Shown here one piece after another: positions 41,404 to 52,260 of a DNA stretch of 64,000 nt; position 1 is the first letter of the stretch; the number at the start of each line of letters is the position of its first letter. The translations under genes were made by a program, and so were the position numbers. Source of the stretch: an uncultured Methylomirabilota bacterium. Its GTDB lineage: Bacteria; Methylomirabilota; Methylomirabilia; Methylomirabilales; 2-02-FULL-66-22. The notes beneath the pieces were generated by a model. It was not told where the DNA came from. It saw only the letters and a list, made by a program, of their open reading frames with translations, and did no database searches. The stretch covers positions 608,001 to 672,000 of the forward strand of contig CAWJSJ010000005.1 in the NCBI GenBank assembly GCA_963845565.1. Direction: 5' to 3'.

Positions 41404-43049
41404 ATGAGGAAAGCGAGGAGGGCGATTCTGATGTTCGGGGCGATCCTGCTCTGCGCTGCGTGGATCGTCACGCCGGCGGTTGCCCAGCAGCAGAAACCCA
41501 ACATTATCCTGATCCTGTCCGACGACTTCGGCTACGGCGACTCGGGCCCCTACGGCGGCGGCGTCGGGCGCGGCATGCCCACGCCCAGCCTCGATCGACT
41601 GGCAGACGAAGGGCATGACCTTCTTCTCGTTCTATGCCCAGCCGAGCTGCACGCCGGGCCGCGCGGCGGTGCAGACCGGCCGCATCCCCAACCGCAGCGG
41701 CATGACCACCGTGGCCTTCCAGGGCCAGGGCGGCGGGCTGCCGGCCGCGGAGTGGACCCTGGCTTCGGTGCTGAAGACAGGCGGGCTACCAGACCTTCTT
41801 CACCGGCAAGTGGCACCTGGGCGAGGCCGATTATGCGCTGCCCACCGCCCAGGGCTACGACGAGATGAAGTACTGCGGCCTGTATCACCTCAATGCCTAC
41901 ACCTATGGCGACCCGACCTGGTTCCCCGACATGGACCCGAAGCTGCGCGCGATGTTCAACAAGGTGACCAAGGGGGCGCTGTCCGGCAAGGCGGGCGAGA
42001 AAGCCGATCGAAGAATTCAAGATCAACGGCCAGTACGTCAACACACCCGAAAAGGGCGTGGTCGGGATTCCCTTCTTCGACGAGTATGTCGAGAAGGCGT
42101 CGATCGAGTATCTCGACAAGGCGGCCAAATCCGACAAGCCGTTCTTCATGAGCGTCAACTTCATGAAGGTGCACCAGCCGAACATGCCGCACCCCGACTT
42201 CGACCACAAATCGATGTCCAAGAGCAAGTATGCCGATTCCATCGTCGAGAACGACACGCGGATCGGCAGGGTCATGGACAAGGTCCGCGCGCTCGGCCTC
42301 GACAAGAACACCTACGTCTTCTGGACCACGGACAACGGCGCCTGGCAGGATGTCTATCCCGACGCCGGCTACACGCCGTTCCGCGGCACCAAGGGCACCG
42401 TGCGCGAAGGCGGCAACCGCGTTCCGTCCATTGCCTGGGGGCCGAAGATCAAGGCCGGGTCCAAGAATCACGACATCGTCGGCGGCCTGGATTACATGGC
42501 CACCTTCGCATCTCTCGCCGGCGTGAAGCTGCCGGAGAAGGACCGCGAGGGCCAGCCGATCATCTTCGACAGCTATGACATGTCGCCGGTCCTCTTCGGC
42601 ACCGGCAAGTCGGCGCGCACCGAGTGGTTCTACTTCACCGAGAACGAACTGACCCCCGGTGCCGCCCGCGTCGGCAACTACAAAGCCGTGTTCAACCTGC
42701 GCGGCGACAATGGACAAGCGACCGGCGGCTTGGCCGTGGACACCAACCTCGGCTGGAAGGGTGCCGAGAAATATGTCGCCATCGTGCCCCAGGTCTTCGA
42801 CCTGTGGCAGGACCCGCAGGAGCGCTACGACATCTTCATGAACAACTACACCGAGCGCACCTGGACCATGGTGACCATCACCGAGGCGATCAAGGAGCTG
42901 ATGAAGACCTATGCGCAATATCCGCCGCGCAAGCTGCAGAGCATGGGATACGACGGTCCGGTCGAACTCTCCAAGTACCAGAAGTTCCAGTGGGTGCGGG
43001 AACAGCTCAGAAGGAAGGCATCCACATCTCCTTACCCACGGGCAACTGA
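41404..43049 (+). CDS. Secreted Cys-type arylsulfatase 2, several frameshifts
   Basis: KPNIILILSDD, SCTPGR, GKWHLG, TDNG, EGGNRVP; SD AAGGAGG. Confidence 0.9.
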
Positions 43050-43126
43050 TCACCTGTTGGCGGCCCCGGGAGCACCCCCGGGGCCGCCCCGTCCGGGCCA
43101 ACGCCTGGTTCAAGGGGGAAATCGCG

Positions 43127-44119
43127 ATGAGAAGGTTGCGTGTCCTTTTCGCCTGGACACTTTCGGTGGGCCTCGGCCTGCTCTCCGCCGTGGCCTGGGC
43201 GCAAGATCCCCTTCCCTCCTGGAACGACGGCCCGGCCCGGAAGGCCATCATCGCCTTCGTCGAGAAAGTGACCAAGGAGGGCTCGCCGGACTTCGTCCCG
43301 GTCCCCGAGCGCATCGCCACGTTCGACAACGACGGCACGCTGTGGGCCGAGCAGCCGATGTACTTCCAGTTCCTCTTCGCGCTCGACCGCGTGAAGGCGC
43401 TCGCGCCGCAGCATCCCGAGTGGAAGACCAAGGAGCCCTTCGCCTCGCTGCTCAAGGGCGACCTCAAGGGCGCCCTCGCGGGCGGCGAACGGGCGATGCT
43501 CGAGATCGTCATGGCGACCCACGCGGGCATGACCACCGCGGAGTTCGAGACGATCGTCCGGGACTGGATTGCCACCGCCAAGCACCCGAAGACCGGCCGG
43601 CTCTACACCGAGATGGTCTATCAGCCCATGCTCGAACTGCTCGCCTACCTGCGCGCGAACGGCTTCAAGACCTTCATCGTCTCCGGCGGCGGCATCGAGT
43701 TCATGCGCCCGTGGACGGAGAAGGTCTACGGCATCCCGCCCGAGCAGGTGATCGGCAGCAGCATCAAGACGAAGTTCGAGATGCGCGACGGCAAGCCCGT
43801 GCTGGTGCGCCTGCCGGAGGTCAACTTCATTGACGACAAGGCCGGCAAGCCGGTCGGCATCAACCAGCAGATCGGCCGCCGCCCGATCGCCGCCTTCGGC
43901 AACTCCGACGGCGACCTCCAGATGCTCCAGTGGACCGCCGCGGGTACCGGCCCCCGCTTCATGGGCCTCGTCCACCACACCGATGCCGCCCGCGAATGGG
44001 CCTACGACCGCAAGTCCGCCATCGGTCGCCTCGACAAGGCGCTCGACGAGGCGCAGGCCAAGGGCTGGACGGTGGTGGACATGAAGAACGACTGGAAGCG
44101 CATCTTCGCGTTCGAGTAA
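43127..44119 (+). CDS. Secreted HAD family hydrolase
   Basis: Signal peptide, DPLPSWNDG, FDNDGTLW, VSGG, FGNSDGD. Confidence 0.9.
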   Translation: MRRLRVLFAWTLSVGLGLLSAVAWAQDPLPSWNDGPARKAIIAFVEKVTKEGSPDFVPVPERIATFDNDGTLWAEQPMYFQFLFALDRVKALAPQHPEWKTKEPFASLLKGDLKGALAGGERAMLEIVMATHAGMTTAEFETIVRDWIATAKHPKTGRLYTEMVYQPMLELLAYLRANGFKTFIVSGGGIEFMRPWTEKVYGIPPEQVIGSSIKTKFEMRDGKPVLVRLPEVNFIDDKAGKPVGINQQIGRRPIAAFGNSDGDLQMLQWTAAGTGPRFMGLVHHTDAAREWAYDRKSAIGRLDKALDEAQAKGWTVVDMKNDWKRIFAFE

Positions 44120-44132
44120 CGAGGCGGGAGGA

Positions 44133-44309
44133 AAATCCGAAATCCGAAGCGCGAAATCCGAAGCAAATTCGAATGTTCAAAGGACACGACACTTTGAAAC
44201 AGTATGAGCGGGAAATACCCGCGGGGCGGTTCGCCGGTGCGGTGTTTTGAGCATTGTTCTCTTCGAGTTTCGGAATTGTTTCGGATTTCGAAATCCGGAT
44301 TTCGAGTTT
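44133..44309. repeat. Inverted heptamer-array element, empty (A)
   Basis: 4 AAATCCG-like units-AAGC-further units-AAAC, ~43 bp spacer, mirror arm. Confidence 0.88.
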
Positions 44310-44338
44310 TCGGCATATCATACGCGTGAAGACCAATG

Positions 44339-44486
44339 GGTAATCAGACGATTTGGCAACTGGGCAATGGCAACTGGGCGATTTGGCGACTCGGGGCTGT
44401 GAACGGTGAAGGCTCGTTGGACCCACACCAAGTTGCCAGGTCGCCTAGTCGCCGAATTGCCCGATTGCCAAGTTGTCCGATTGCCA
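44339..44486. repeat. Inverted octamer-array element
   Basis: GGCAACTG/GGCGATTT units, spacer, CAAGTTGC/CCGATTGC units. Confidence 0.85.
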
Positions 44487-44532
44487 ACCCAGCGCTGAAC
44501 CAGGCAACGCAGCAGAACGAAGGAGGACCCGT

Positions 44533-45831
44533 ATGAAGACCTTGACCCCCGCGCGGTCATCCGCACGCATCCGGGCGCACGTGATCGCGGTGGCCGCCCT
44601 TTGCGCCGCGATGCTGGTGGCCGGCGGGCCGGCGGCCGATGCTCAGACGCGCTACGAGACGCCGGCGGTCCTGAGCGCCAAATCCCTGCTCCCGCCGGAC
44701 CAGCTCGCGGGGCCCCTCTTTCAGGTGGATGATCGGGTGCCGACCGACGGGTACCTGGCGCACTTCACACTGCGCTCGAGTCTGGGGACCTTCACAGTGC
44801 CGGGGCGCACGCTGCTCAAGATCCGCATCGAGGAGCTGCAGGCGATCCAGCAGCTCAACCAGACGAGCCAGACCCAGACGTTCGTCGATGGGTTGGGGAG
44901 GGCGGCGGCCCGGCCCGTCGAGGCGGTCGTGAACATCGTCTCTGATCCGGTGGGGACGGTGGAGAGCCTGCCCGCAGGGATTTCCCGCTTCTTCAGCCGG
45001 GTCGAGGCTGGTGCCCAGAGCGTCGCCGCCGCGGCCACGGATCCCAATAAGACCAGCCAGCAGGCGGCCCAAGACACGGCGCAGCGGGTCGGGGACGTCA
45101 CCATCACCGCCCTGGGTTTCGAACAGGTTCGACGGCAGATGGCGAAATCGCTGGGGGTGGATCCCTACACGACCAATCCGGTCCTGGCGCAAAAACTCAC
45201 CGACACGGCCTGGGTTGCGTTTTCGGCTCGATTGGGAGTGGATCTTCTGATGTCGGCAGTCGTGCCGGGCTCGACGTTCATCTCGCTCACTGCCATAACA
45301 AGCGATCTTATCTACGACACGCCAAAGGCCGACCTGATCCTCCTGAACCAGCAGAAGCTGATCCGCATGGGGGCGAGCGAGGCCCTGACTCAGGCGTTAC
45401 TCAAGAACCGCTGGTACTCCTTGTCGGTGCTGACCGCGCTGGTGGCCGACCTGGAGCGTCTGGCGGGTGCCAAGGGGCGGCCGGCCATCATCGCTCTGGC
45501 CACGACTGTCGTGAACGAGGAAGAGGCTCGGTTTCTCGCCGCGAGCGTCCAGTTGCTGGCCCGGCTGAACGTGACGGGCGTGCCCCTCCGGGAACTGGCG
45601 GCGCGGCAGACCGTGGTTGGGGTCATGCCCGGCGGCGGTATCGTGGTCCCCGCCCCGGTGGATTACCTCTCCTGGACCGAGCCCATCGCGCGGGTGGCGG
45701 ACCGGAGGGACCTCCGGGCTCCCCGGCGCGGCGTGTGGTTCAGCGGTCGAATGTCGGCGCTCGCCCACCGAGAACTGTCCCGGCTCGGGTGGGCGTTCCA
45801 TCCCGCGCCGTCGCTTTCCGGAGCACCGTAG
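44533..45831 (+). CDS. Hypothetical secreted protein
   Basis: AAGGAGG SD, signal peptide ending ADA-Q, 432 aa intact ORF. Confidence 0.8.
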   Translation: MKTLTPARSSARIRAHVIAVAALCAAMLVAGGPAADAQTRYETPAVLSAKSLLPPDQLAGPLFQVDDRVPTDGYLAHFTLRSSLGTFTVPGRTLLKIRIEELQAIQQLNQTSQTQTFVDGLGRAAARPVEAVVNIVSDPVGTVESLPAGISRFFSRVEAGAQSVAAAATDPNKTSQQAAQDTAQRVGDVTITALGFEQVRRQMAKSLGVDPYTTNPVLAQKLTDTAWVAFSARLGVDLLMSAVVPGSTFISLTAITSDLIYDTPKADLILLNQQKLIRMGASEALTQALLKNRWYSLSVLTALVADLERLAGAKGRPAIIALATTVVNEEEARFLAASVQLLARLNVTGVPLRELAARQTVVGVMPGGGIVVPAPVDYLSWTEPIARVADRRDLRAPRRGVWFSGRMSALAHRELSRLGWAFHPAPSLSGAP

Positions 45832-45833
45832 AT

Positions 45834-45886
45834 GGCAATTGGGCGACCGGGCAAGCTGGCGATTCGGCAATCAGGCGACTGGGCAG
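45834..45886. repeat. Octamer array, single arm
   Basis: GGCAATTG GGCGACCG GGCAAGCT GGCGATTC GGCAATCA GGCGACTG just after a stop codon. Confidence 0.8.
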
Positions 45887-45975
45887 CAGAGAACGATCGA
45901 TCCGTGCGATCACGCCGTTGCCCGCACAGGGGTCTCCCATCGCGAGGAAGGTGGCGATGGAGTAGGGGGTGATCC

Positions 45976-47445
45976 ATGAGTCGAAGCGTGCGGGCTATTG
46001 GGGTCATGCTTGGTGCGGTGGTGTGCCTCCTCGTGCCTTCGGCCTCTGAGGGGCAGGAGCTGTCACCGCGCTTGCTTTCCGTCATTGCCAAGAAGTGGAC
46101 TGGCGACTTTGATGGGATGGTGAAGCGTCGCGTCATCCGCGTCCTGGTCGTGTACAGCAAGACCTTCTACTTCCTCGACAAGGGGACCGAGCGCGGGATC
46201 GCCTATGATGCGCTGAAGCTGTTCGAGGACGACATCAACAAGCAGCCCGCGGTGAAGAAGCAGCTTGCAGCAAAGCATCTTCGGGTGAACGTGGTGTTTC
46301 TTCCGGTCCATCGGGACGAGCTCATCCCCGCGCTGCTCGAAGGCCGCGGCGACCTCGCGGCCGCCTTTCTCACCGTCACGCCCGAGCGACAGAAGCTCGT
46401 GGAGTTCTCCGATCCCATCCTCGGCGGTGTGGATGAGATCGTGATTTCTGGCCCCGGCGCGCCACCGGTTGCGGACCGGGAGGATCTGGCAGGCAAGGAG
46501 GTATTCGTCCGGAAGTCGAGCAGCTATTACGAGAGCCTGCAGACGCTGAATGTGGAATTCGCCAAGGCAGGGAAGGCGCCCGTGCGGGTGAAGTCGGCAC
46601 CCGAGGAACTGGAGGACGAAGACCTGCTGGAGATGGTGAACGCCGGGCTGGTGCCGCTCACCGTTGTGGACAGCCAGAAGGCGCAGTTCTGGAAGCAGAT
46701 CTACCAGAAGATCGTCCTCCACCCCAACGTGGCCGTACGCACCGGTGGGGAGATTGCCTGGATGGTCCGCAAGGACAACCCGAAGCTCAAGGCGGCGGTG
46801 AACGACTTCATCCGGCGCCGCGACAAAGGCGAAAGAGAGGCGCAGATCCTGATCGCAGAGTACCTGAAGAACACGAAATGGGTGAAAGAGGCAACCTCGG
46901 ACGCCGAGATCAAGAAGTTTCAGCAGACCGTCGAACTCTTCAAGAAGTACGGCGAGACGTACGACATCGACGCTCTACTGATGATGGCGCAGGGCTACCA
47001 AGAGTCCACCCTCGACCAGAATGCGCGGAGTCCCGGGGGAGCGATCGGGATCATGCAGCTCTTGCCCGCTACCGGCACCGCCATGCAGGTCGGCGACATC
47101 ACCGAGATGGAGGCGAACATCCATGCCGGGGTGAAGTACGTCCGGTTCATGGTCGATCAGTATCTCAAGAATGAACCGATGGATCGGCTGAACAAGGCGT
47201 TGTTTGCCTTTGCCTCGTACAACGCGGGTCCCAACCGGATTGCCCAGCTACGGCGGGAGGCAACCCAGCAGGGGTTCGACCCCAACGTGTGGTTCAACAA
47301 CGTCGAGATCGTCGCCGCCAAGCGGATCGGAAGGCAGACGCCACAGTACGTCAGCAACATCTACAAATACTACATTGCCTACACGCTGATCACCGAGGCT
47401 CAGGAGGAGCGCGCCAAGGCGATCAAGGGCCTCAAGGGATCGTGA
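45976..47445 (+). CDS. MltF-like lytic transglycosylase (SBP family 3 plus SLT domain)
   Basis: WTGDFDGM, GYQES, GAIGIMQL, SYNAG, QYVSNI. Confidence 0.88.
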   Translation: MSRSVRAIGVMLGAVVCLLVPSASEGQELSPRLLSVIAKKWTGDFDGMVKRRVIRVLVVYSKTFYFLDKGTERGIAYDALKLFEDDINKQPAVKKQLAAKHLRVNVVFLPVHRDELIPALLEGRGDLAAAFLTVTPERQKLVEFSDPILGGVDEIVISGPGAPPVADREDLAGKEVFVRKSSSYYESLQTLNVEFAKAGKAPVRVKSAPEELEDEDLLEMVNAGLVPLTVVDSQKAQFWKQIYQKIVLHPNVAVRTGGEIAWMVRKDNPKLKAAVNDFIRRRDKGEREAQILIAEYLKNTKWVKEATSDAEIKKFQQTVELFKKYGETYDIDALLMMAQGYQESTLDQNARSPGGAIGIMQLLPATGTAMQVGDITEMEANIHAGVKYVRFMVDQYLKNEPMDRLNKALFAFASYNAGPNRIAQLRREATQQGFDPNVWFNNVEIVAAKRIGRQTPQYVSNIYKYYIAYTLITEAQEERAKAIKGLKGS

Positions 47446-47521
47446 CGCACGCCCAGGTGGGCGAGGTATTTCGAATCAGCAATGGTCCGTCCTGCATAGT
47501 CCCGCGACACGTGGTGACACC

Positions 47522-49033
47522 ATGACGCCAGACGGTACGATCTCGCGAGAGGTGGCCGACGCCGCCTTTGTGGCAATTCGAATGGTGCTGGCCCTTGCCC
47601 TGGTCGTCGTCCTGGCCGTCTGCGTGCGTCGGGCGATCCTGACGTTTGCCGGCGACGGGTACCGGCACCTCGGCCGCCGGAAGTGGCGATTGGCGGGTGC
47701 GAATGTGCTGGCAGTCGTCCTCCTTGAGTTGGCGCGGGCGCCGGTTGAGCGGATGCTGACCGCCTTCGCGGGTGCGATCGGTCCCGTGGTCGTGATTCCG
47801 GACCCCCAGTGGCTGGGGGTCGCCTTGATCGGCCTGTATCATACGGGCGCGGCCGCACTCACACTGGTGCTGGCGATCCAGATCGTGGGCGCGCTGTACT
47901 GGGGCGTGGAGGCCCGGCGTGACATATGGCGCGCCCGGATCGGACCGTCACAAGCAGTGGGAACCGCTAGGGACTTTCGTGGTGAACTCCTTGATGCGGT
48001 TAGCTGGTTGAACCGGGCGGTCCGCGCAATTCTGCTCATCGGGCTCCTGGTCTCGTTCCTGACGGTGACCCTCCGGTTCTTCCCCCGGACGGCGCCCGTC
48101 GTGGATGCGGTGCGGCTGTACCTGGCCGATCCGGCCCGGACCATCGGCCTGGCCATCGCCCAGTACCTCCCCAACCTGGGCTATCTGACGGTGATCGGAT
48201 TCCTCGGATGGCTCGCCTTGCGGCTGCTGCGCCACACGTTCAGCGCGCTGGGTAACGGCAACCTGGTGATCCGGGGTTTCCTCCCCGAATGGGCCGAGCC
48301 GACCTACAAGCTGTCCCGAACGCTGCTGCTGCTGTTTCTCTTGATGGTGAGCTTTCCGTATCTGCCCGGGGCGGGGTCACAGTTCTTCCAAGGGTTCTCG
48401 GTGTTCGTCGGCGCTCTGTTGACGTTGGGCTCGGCGGGTGCCATCGGCAACATCGTCGCCGGAACCGTCCTCACCTACACGCGGGCCTTTCACGTCGGGG
48501 ACATGGTCCGGCTCGGCGAGACGACCGGTGTGGTGATCGAGAAGACCCTTTTGGTCACCCGCCTGCGCACCATCGAACATGAAAAGGTGACGATTCCCAA
48601 CGGCAGCGTCCTGGCGAGCTCGGTGGTGAACTTCAGCGCCGGCGCCGTGGCGGGAGGCTTTGTGCTGACGGTACGCGCCGGCATCGGGTACGACGTGGAT
48701 TGGCGGACGGTCCACCGGCTGATGCTCGAAGGCGCGGGCCAGACCCCGCAGATCCTGGCCGATCCCGCCCCCCAGGTCTGGCAGACAAGCCTGGGCGACT
48801 ACGCGGTCCACTACGAGCTGCGCGTCTGGACGGACCAGCCGGTCGCCATGTTCGAGACCCACTCCACCTTGCGCCGCAACGTGCTGGATGCCTTCAACCG
48901 GGCTGGCGTCGAGATCATGACCCCCAGTATCCTGGCGCACCGCGACGCGAGCGGGCTGGCGATTCCGCAGGACGCCTTCCCGCAACGGTCCGCACGGCGC
49001 GGAATCGCCGTGGAGGTGGACGGGCGCGGCTAG
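47522..49033 (+). CDS. MscS family mechanosensitive channel
   Basis: NIVAG...FHVGDMV, VTIPN, GIGYD. Confidence 0.9.
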   Translation: MTPDGTISREVADAAFVAIRMVLALALVVVLAVCVRRAILTFAGDGYRHLGRRKWRLAGANVLAVVLLELARAPVERMLTAFAGAIGPVVVIPDPQWLGVALIGLYHTGAAALTLVLAIQIVGALYWGVEARRDIWRARIGPSQAVGTARDFRGELLDAVSWLNRAVRAILLIGLLVSFLTVTLRFFPRTAPVVDAVRLYLADPARTIGLAIAQYLPNLGYLTVIGFLGWLALRLLRHTFSALGNGNLVIRGFLPEWAEPTYKLSRTLLLLFLLMVSFPYLPGAGSQFFQGFSVFVGALLTLGSAGAIGNIVAGTVLTYTRAFHVGDMVRLGETTGVVIEKTLLVTRLRTIEHEKVTIPNGSVLASSVVNFSAGAVAGGFVLTVRAGIGYDVDWRTVHRLMLEGAGQTPQILADPAPQVWQTSLGDYAVHYELRVWTDQPVAMFETHSTLRRNVLDAFNRAGVEIMTPSILAHRDASGLAIPQDAFPQRSARRGIAVEVDGRG

Positions 49034-49122
49034 ATCAACCGGCTGCGGCCTGAAAGCGACGCGCTACGGGAAACCGGGAGAGGCCACGCTGAACACCCCA
49101 CGTCACCCTGGGGGGCCCAACG

Positions 49123-49323
49123 ATGTCTGACTTGCATTTTCGCTACGCCGAGCAACTCCCTATCGCGCTGCTCCTGACGAGCGTGACGGTGGTCATCCAC
49201 GGAATCGGGATGAGCGGGGTTCGGCGTTGCTTCGAGCGTTTCTGGTCGCCCGCAAAGGGTCGCCCGCGCTCCAGGTCGCACCTGGTATTCATGGTCGGCA
49301 TCGTGGCGATCATGATCGTGACT
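49123..49323 (+). pseudogene. N-terminal fragment resembling small potassium-channel family proteins
   Basis: LLLTSVTVVIHGIG...IVAIMIVT, then an abrupt change to unrelated sequence; no pore motif follows. Confidence 0.4.
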
Positions 49324-49897
49324 GTGGTTGCGGTGGGCGAGCCGACGGGATTCGGCATCACGGTGGAACTGCTGATGCTCGCCAGCGCGGCGGCGGTCGT
49401 CGGCGGCCTGTTCATCGGCACCGAGTCGGCGGGGAAGCGGCGCCGACCCTTCGTCCAGGATCGGCACCTGGAGCGGGGCGCTGGTGCTCGAGCTGCTGGC
49501 GGTGGTGCCTTTCTGTGCGCGGTGCCGCCGTTGTTCCACGAACTCGCGAACAGCACGCTGCTGCACGCGCAGGCGCCCGGCGCCGTCGATGTCACGCTGG
49601 GTGCCTCCGAACTGCTGCCAGCGATGGCGATCCTGCCGTTCATGCTCTACCAACTGGCCGGCTTCGGCACGCTGCACTTCGTCGTGCCGAAGCCGGTGAA
49701 CTGGGCGATCAACCTCGCCATCCTCGGCTTGATCATCGCCGCTCCGTCGCCAACCGCACGCGGCGCGTTCGGCTGGAGAAGGCGTTCGGCGGACTCCTGG
49801 TGCTGGGCATGGCCGGCACCGTGTTCTACGGCGTCCTCAAGCTCCGGCAGATGCAGGCGGACTACGCGCTGCGAGCGCGCCAAAGGAATCAAAGTGA
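49324..49897 (+). pseudogene. 3' part of a multi-TM membrane protein, frameshifted
   Basis: Hydrophobic segments spread across frames; no start of its own. Confidence 0.35.
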
Positions 49898-49936
49898 GGC
49901 GACCGCACGACCGTTTCACCAGGGAGGAGACACACC

Positions 49937-51067
49937 GTGTGGTGGATCAGCTATCGAGGTGAAGGCAAGACCGGCGTCGACAACATCGGCGTCTTCGAGG
50001 ACGACGGCACGCCGCGCAAGACAGCATCCGCTGCTCCTCGACCCGTCGACCGATGCGCACCCGTTGCACATCGCCCGCGGCTTCGCGCTCGTGGGCGACG
50101 ATCTCTACATCGCCAACGCCTGGCGCAAGGACAGCCACGTCGCCCGTTACCGCCGCCACGGCGACACCTTCCATTTCGCCGAGGTGGTGGTGACCACCAA
50201 GCACGTTTCGGCGATGGTCCACCCCTTCGACGTGGAACTCGGCGACGACGGCCGGCTCTACGTGTCGTGCCAGGACACCAACACCGTCGTCGCCATTCTG
50301 CCGAAGACGCGCAAGCCGGCGCCCGTGGCGGCGCACCTGCGCAGGAACTTTCCCGACGGGAACTTCCTTCCCGGCACGCTCGTCGCCTCCAGCCAGGGCC
50401 GGCTCCCCGAAGTCGGCGACCGCGCGCCCTGGACGTGCCGTCGCCGCAGGGCCTCAAGGTGGTGCTCGACGTGCACGGCAAACCCCGGCACTCCGTGCGC
50501 GGGATCATCGTGCACCGCAAGCATCTCTACGTGGCGGACGAGGCGGGGGACGCGGTCAAGGTCTTCGAGGTGAACTCGGGGCGGCTCGTGGCGCGCATCA
50601 AGGGGAGCAAGCTCACGAAGCCCGTGCACCTCATCCTGCACGGCGACACACTCTACATCGGCGCCGCCGGCACCGGCAGCATCCTCGCCTTCGACATCCC
50701 CGCGAAGGCGCCGCGCGGCAAGCTCAAGGCGCGCACGGTCATCGACGGCAAGCTCAAGGCCCCGTCGGGCTTCGCGATCGGCCCGGACGGCGATCTCTAC
50801 GTGGCCGAGCGGTTCGACCAGCGGGTGCGGCGCTTCTCCGCGAAGGGGAAGAAGAAGGGGACGTTCATCGACGGGCTCCCGGACATGCCGGAGTTCCTGG
50901 TGCACGTGCCGGATCGGGCTCTGGCCGCACCTGGGCCATCGAGATCCTGCGTCGCGGTGCTGAGTCGATCAGGTCGCGTGCTGCGCGAACTCGTTCGCCT
51001 GATCGGCGCAGACGGGATGAAGGCGATGATTCTTCGGTCCCATCTGCCCGCCAGAAGGCCAGTATAG
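49937..51067 (+). CDS. NHL/beta-propeller repeat protein, frameshifted, 3' end uncertain
   Basis: LYIAN, HPFDVELGDDGRLYVS, LYVADE, PSGFAIGPDGDLYVAE repeats; SD AGGGAGG. Confidence 0.7.
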   Translation: MWWISYRGEGKTGVDNIGVFEDDGTPRKTASAAPRPVDRCAPVAHRPRLRARGRRSLHRQRLAQGQPRRPLPPPRRHLPFRRGGGDHQARFGDGPPLRRGTRRRRPALRVVPGHQHRRRHSAEDAQAGARGGAPAQELSRRELPSRHARRLQPGPAPRSRRPRALDVPSPQGLKVVLDVHGKPRHSVRGIIVHRKHLYVADEAGDAVKVFEVNSGRLVARIKGSKLTKPVHLILHGDTLYIGAAGTGSILAFDIPAKAPRGKLKARTVIDGKLKAPSGFAIGPDGDLYVAERFDQRVRRFSAKGKKKGTFIDGLPDMPEFLVHVPDRALAAPGPSRSCVAVLSRSGRVLRELVRLIGADGMKAMILRSHLPARRPV

Positions 51068-51230
51068 CCCCGGCAGTGCCGGCCTGACCATTGGCTTGCA
51101 TGTTGAAATCAACCAGTACGTGGAAGTCGCGCTCGGTTGGAAATCCTCCGGACACTGAGCCAAAGAGTGCCGCCTTCGAATATGATGCTTCCGGCAAAAG
51201 GTTGGGACTCCACCTTCGGGATCTCATGCG
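50969..51230 (-). pseudogene. Degenerate minimal nucleotidyltransferase (MNT) relic
   Basis: KAALFGSVSGG...DFHVLVDF resembles the MNT GS...DxD signature, with the second Asp lost. Confidence 0.4.
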
Positions 51231-51579
51231 CGCGCGGCTATTGGTCTTACCTCTCCGGTGATCCACGCGGGACGGCCCCGTTGGTCAGCAAGGCCGCGAG
51301 TTCGGGGATCCAGTCGCCCGAGATTCAACAGGGAATGGCTCAGAGGATTGGGCCACGAAGGCAACATCGCCACGCAAACCACCCAGAATAGTGGAATTCG
51401 GGGCACCATACGGATTTGAGAAACGGATCGGGGGGGGTAGGGGAACCGACGGCACGGCGGCGGAAATGAGTATGGTCTCCACTCTGTGGGAAAGGAGCGG
51501 CGATTGTGGTATGGTGCATCGGCCATTCCGCAGGCAGCGATTCGTCATCCATCAGTGCCCCTCTGTGGAGACATTACCG

Positions 51580-51712
51580 GTGACCATCGCCGAGTTCATC
51601 GCCAAATGGAAGAAAGCCGAGCGGAAGGAGCGGCCGCGGCTCAAGAGCATTTCTTGAACCTCTGGTACCTGGTGCAGGTGGACGCTCCAGTCTTTGCGGC
51701 CTACGGGTGGGG
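51580..51712 (+). pseudogene. Internally deleted MmeI-like (type IIL) restriction-modification gene relic
   Basis: EFIAKWKKAERKE...AQEHFLNL (typical N-terminus) joined to VDAPVFAAYGW (typical C-terminus). Confidence 0.6.
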
Positions 51713-51894
51713 GGTTCACGCGTCGGCAACGAAGAGAATGTGCGCGAACTGCTCTCGGAGAATGCGTTGCGCTCTATCCCCGTTTCTCCAGCGGCGGCGG
51801 AGTAGGCGCACACACTGTTTCGGGGGTCGGCCCAGCGGGCCGCCCCGGGAGCGCCGGCGCGCTGAGCGCGCGACCCGGTGCGGAGGGGGACGCG

Positions 51895-52152
51895 ATGGTA
51901 CCCGAGGAAATGGTCCGGGAGGCCTGGCTGCGGGCGGAAGCCCTGTGCGAATGTCGGAAGGAATCCCACGGCCACCCGGGCCGCTGCAACCAGTTCTTGA
52001 TTTGGGCGGAGCGCGGGGAGACGGGCCGGGGCGCCTGGGAGGCGCGGCAGCGCGACGATCCCCGGCTGCCTCGCTGTGAGATCCTGTGCGCGGCGTGCTA
52101 CGCGAAGGCCACGGGGCGGGTGCCGATGGCGGAAAACCACCTTCCGCGATGA
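51895..52152 (+). CDS. Small Cys-rich HNH-like zinc-finger protein, degenerate
   Basis: CECR...HGH..RC...WEAR...CEILCAAC; SD GGAGG. Confidence 0.55.
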   Translation: MVPEEMVREAWLRAEALCECRKESHGHPGRCNQFLIWAERGETGRGAWEARQRDDPRLPRCEILCAACYAKATGRVPMAENHLPR

Positions 52153-52260
52153 CGGGCGGGGTTGTAAGAGGGAACGGTGGTGAGGGGAGACCGTGATGGC
52201 CAAGAGGCCACTCGCTCCCCTGTGCAGGAGCGCGACAGAGGCGTGCAGGACAGCGACTCC

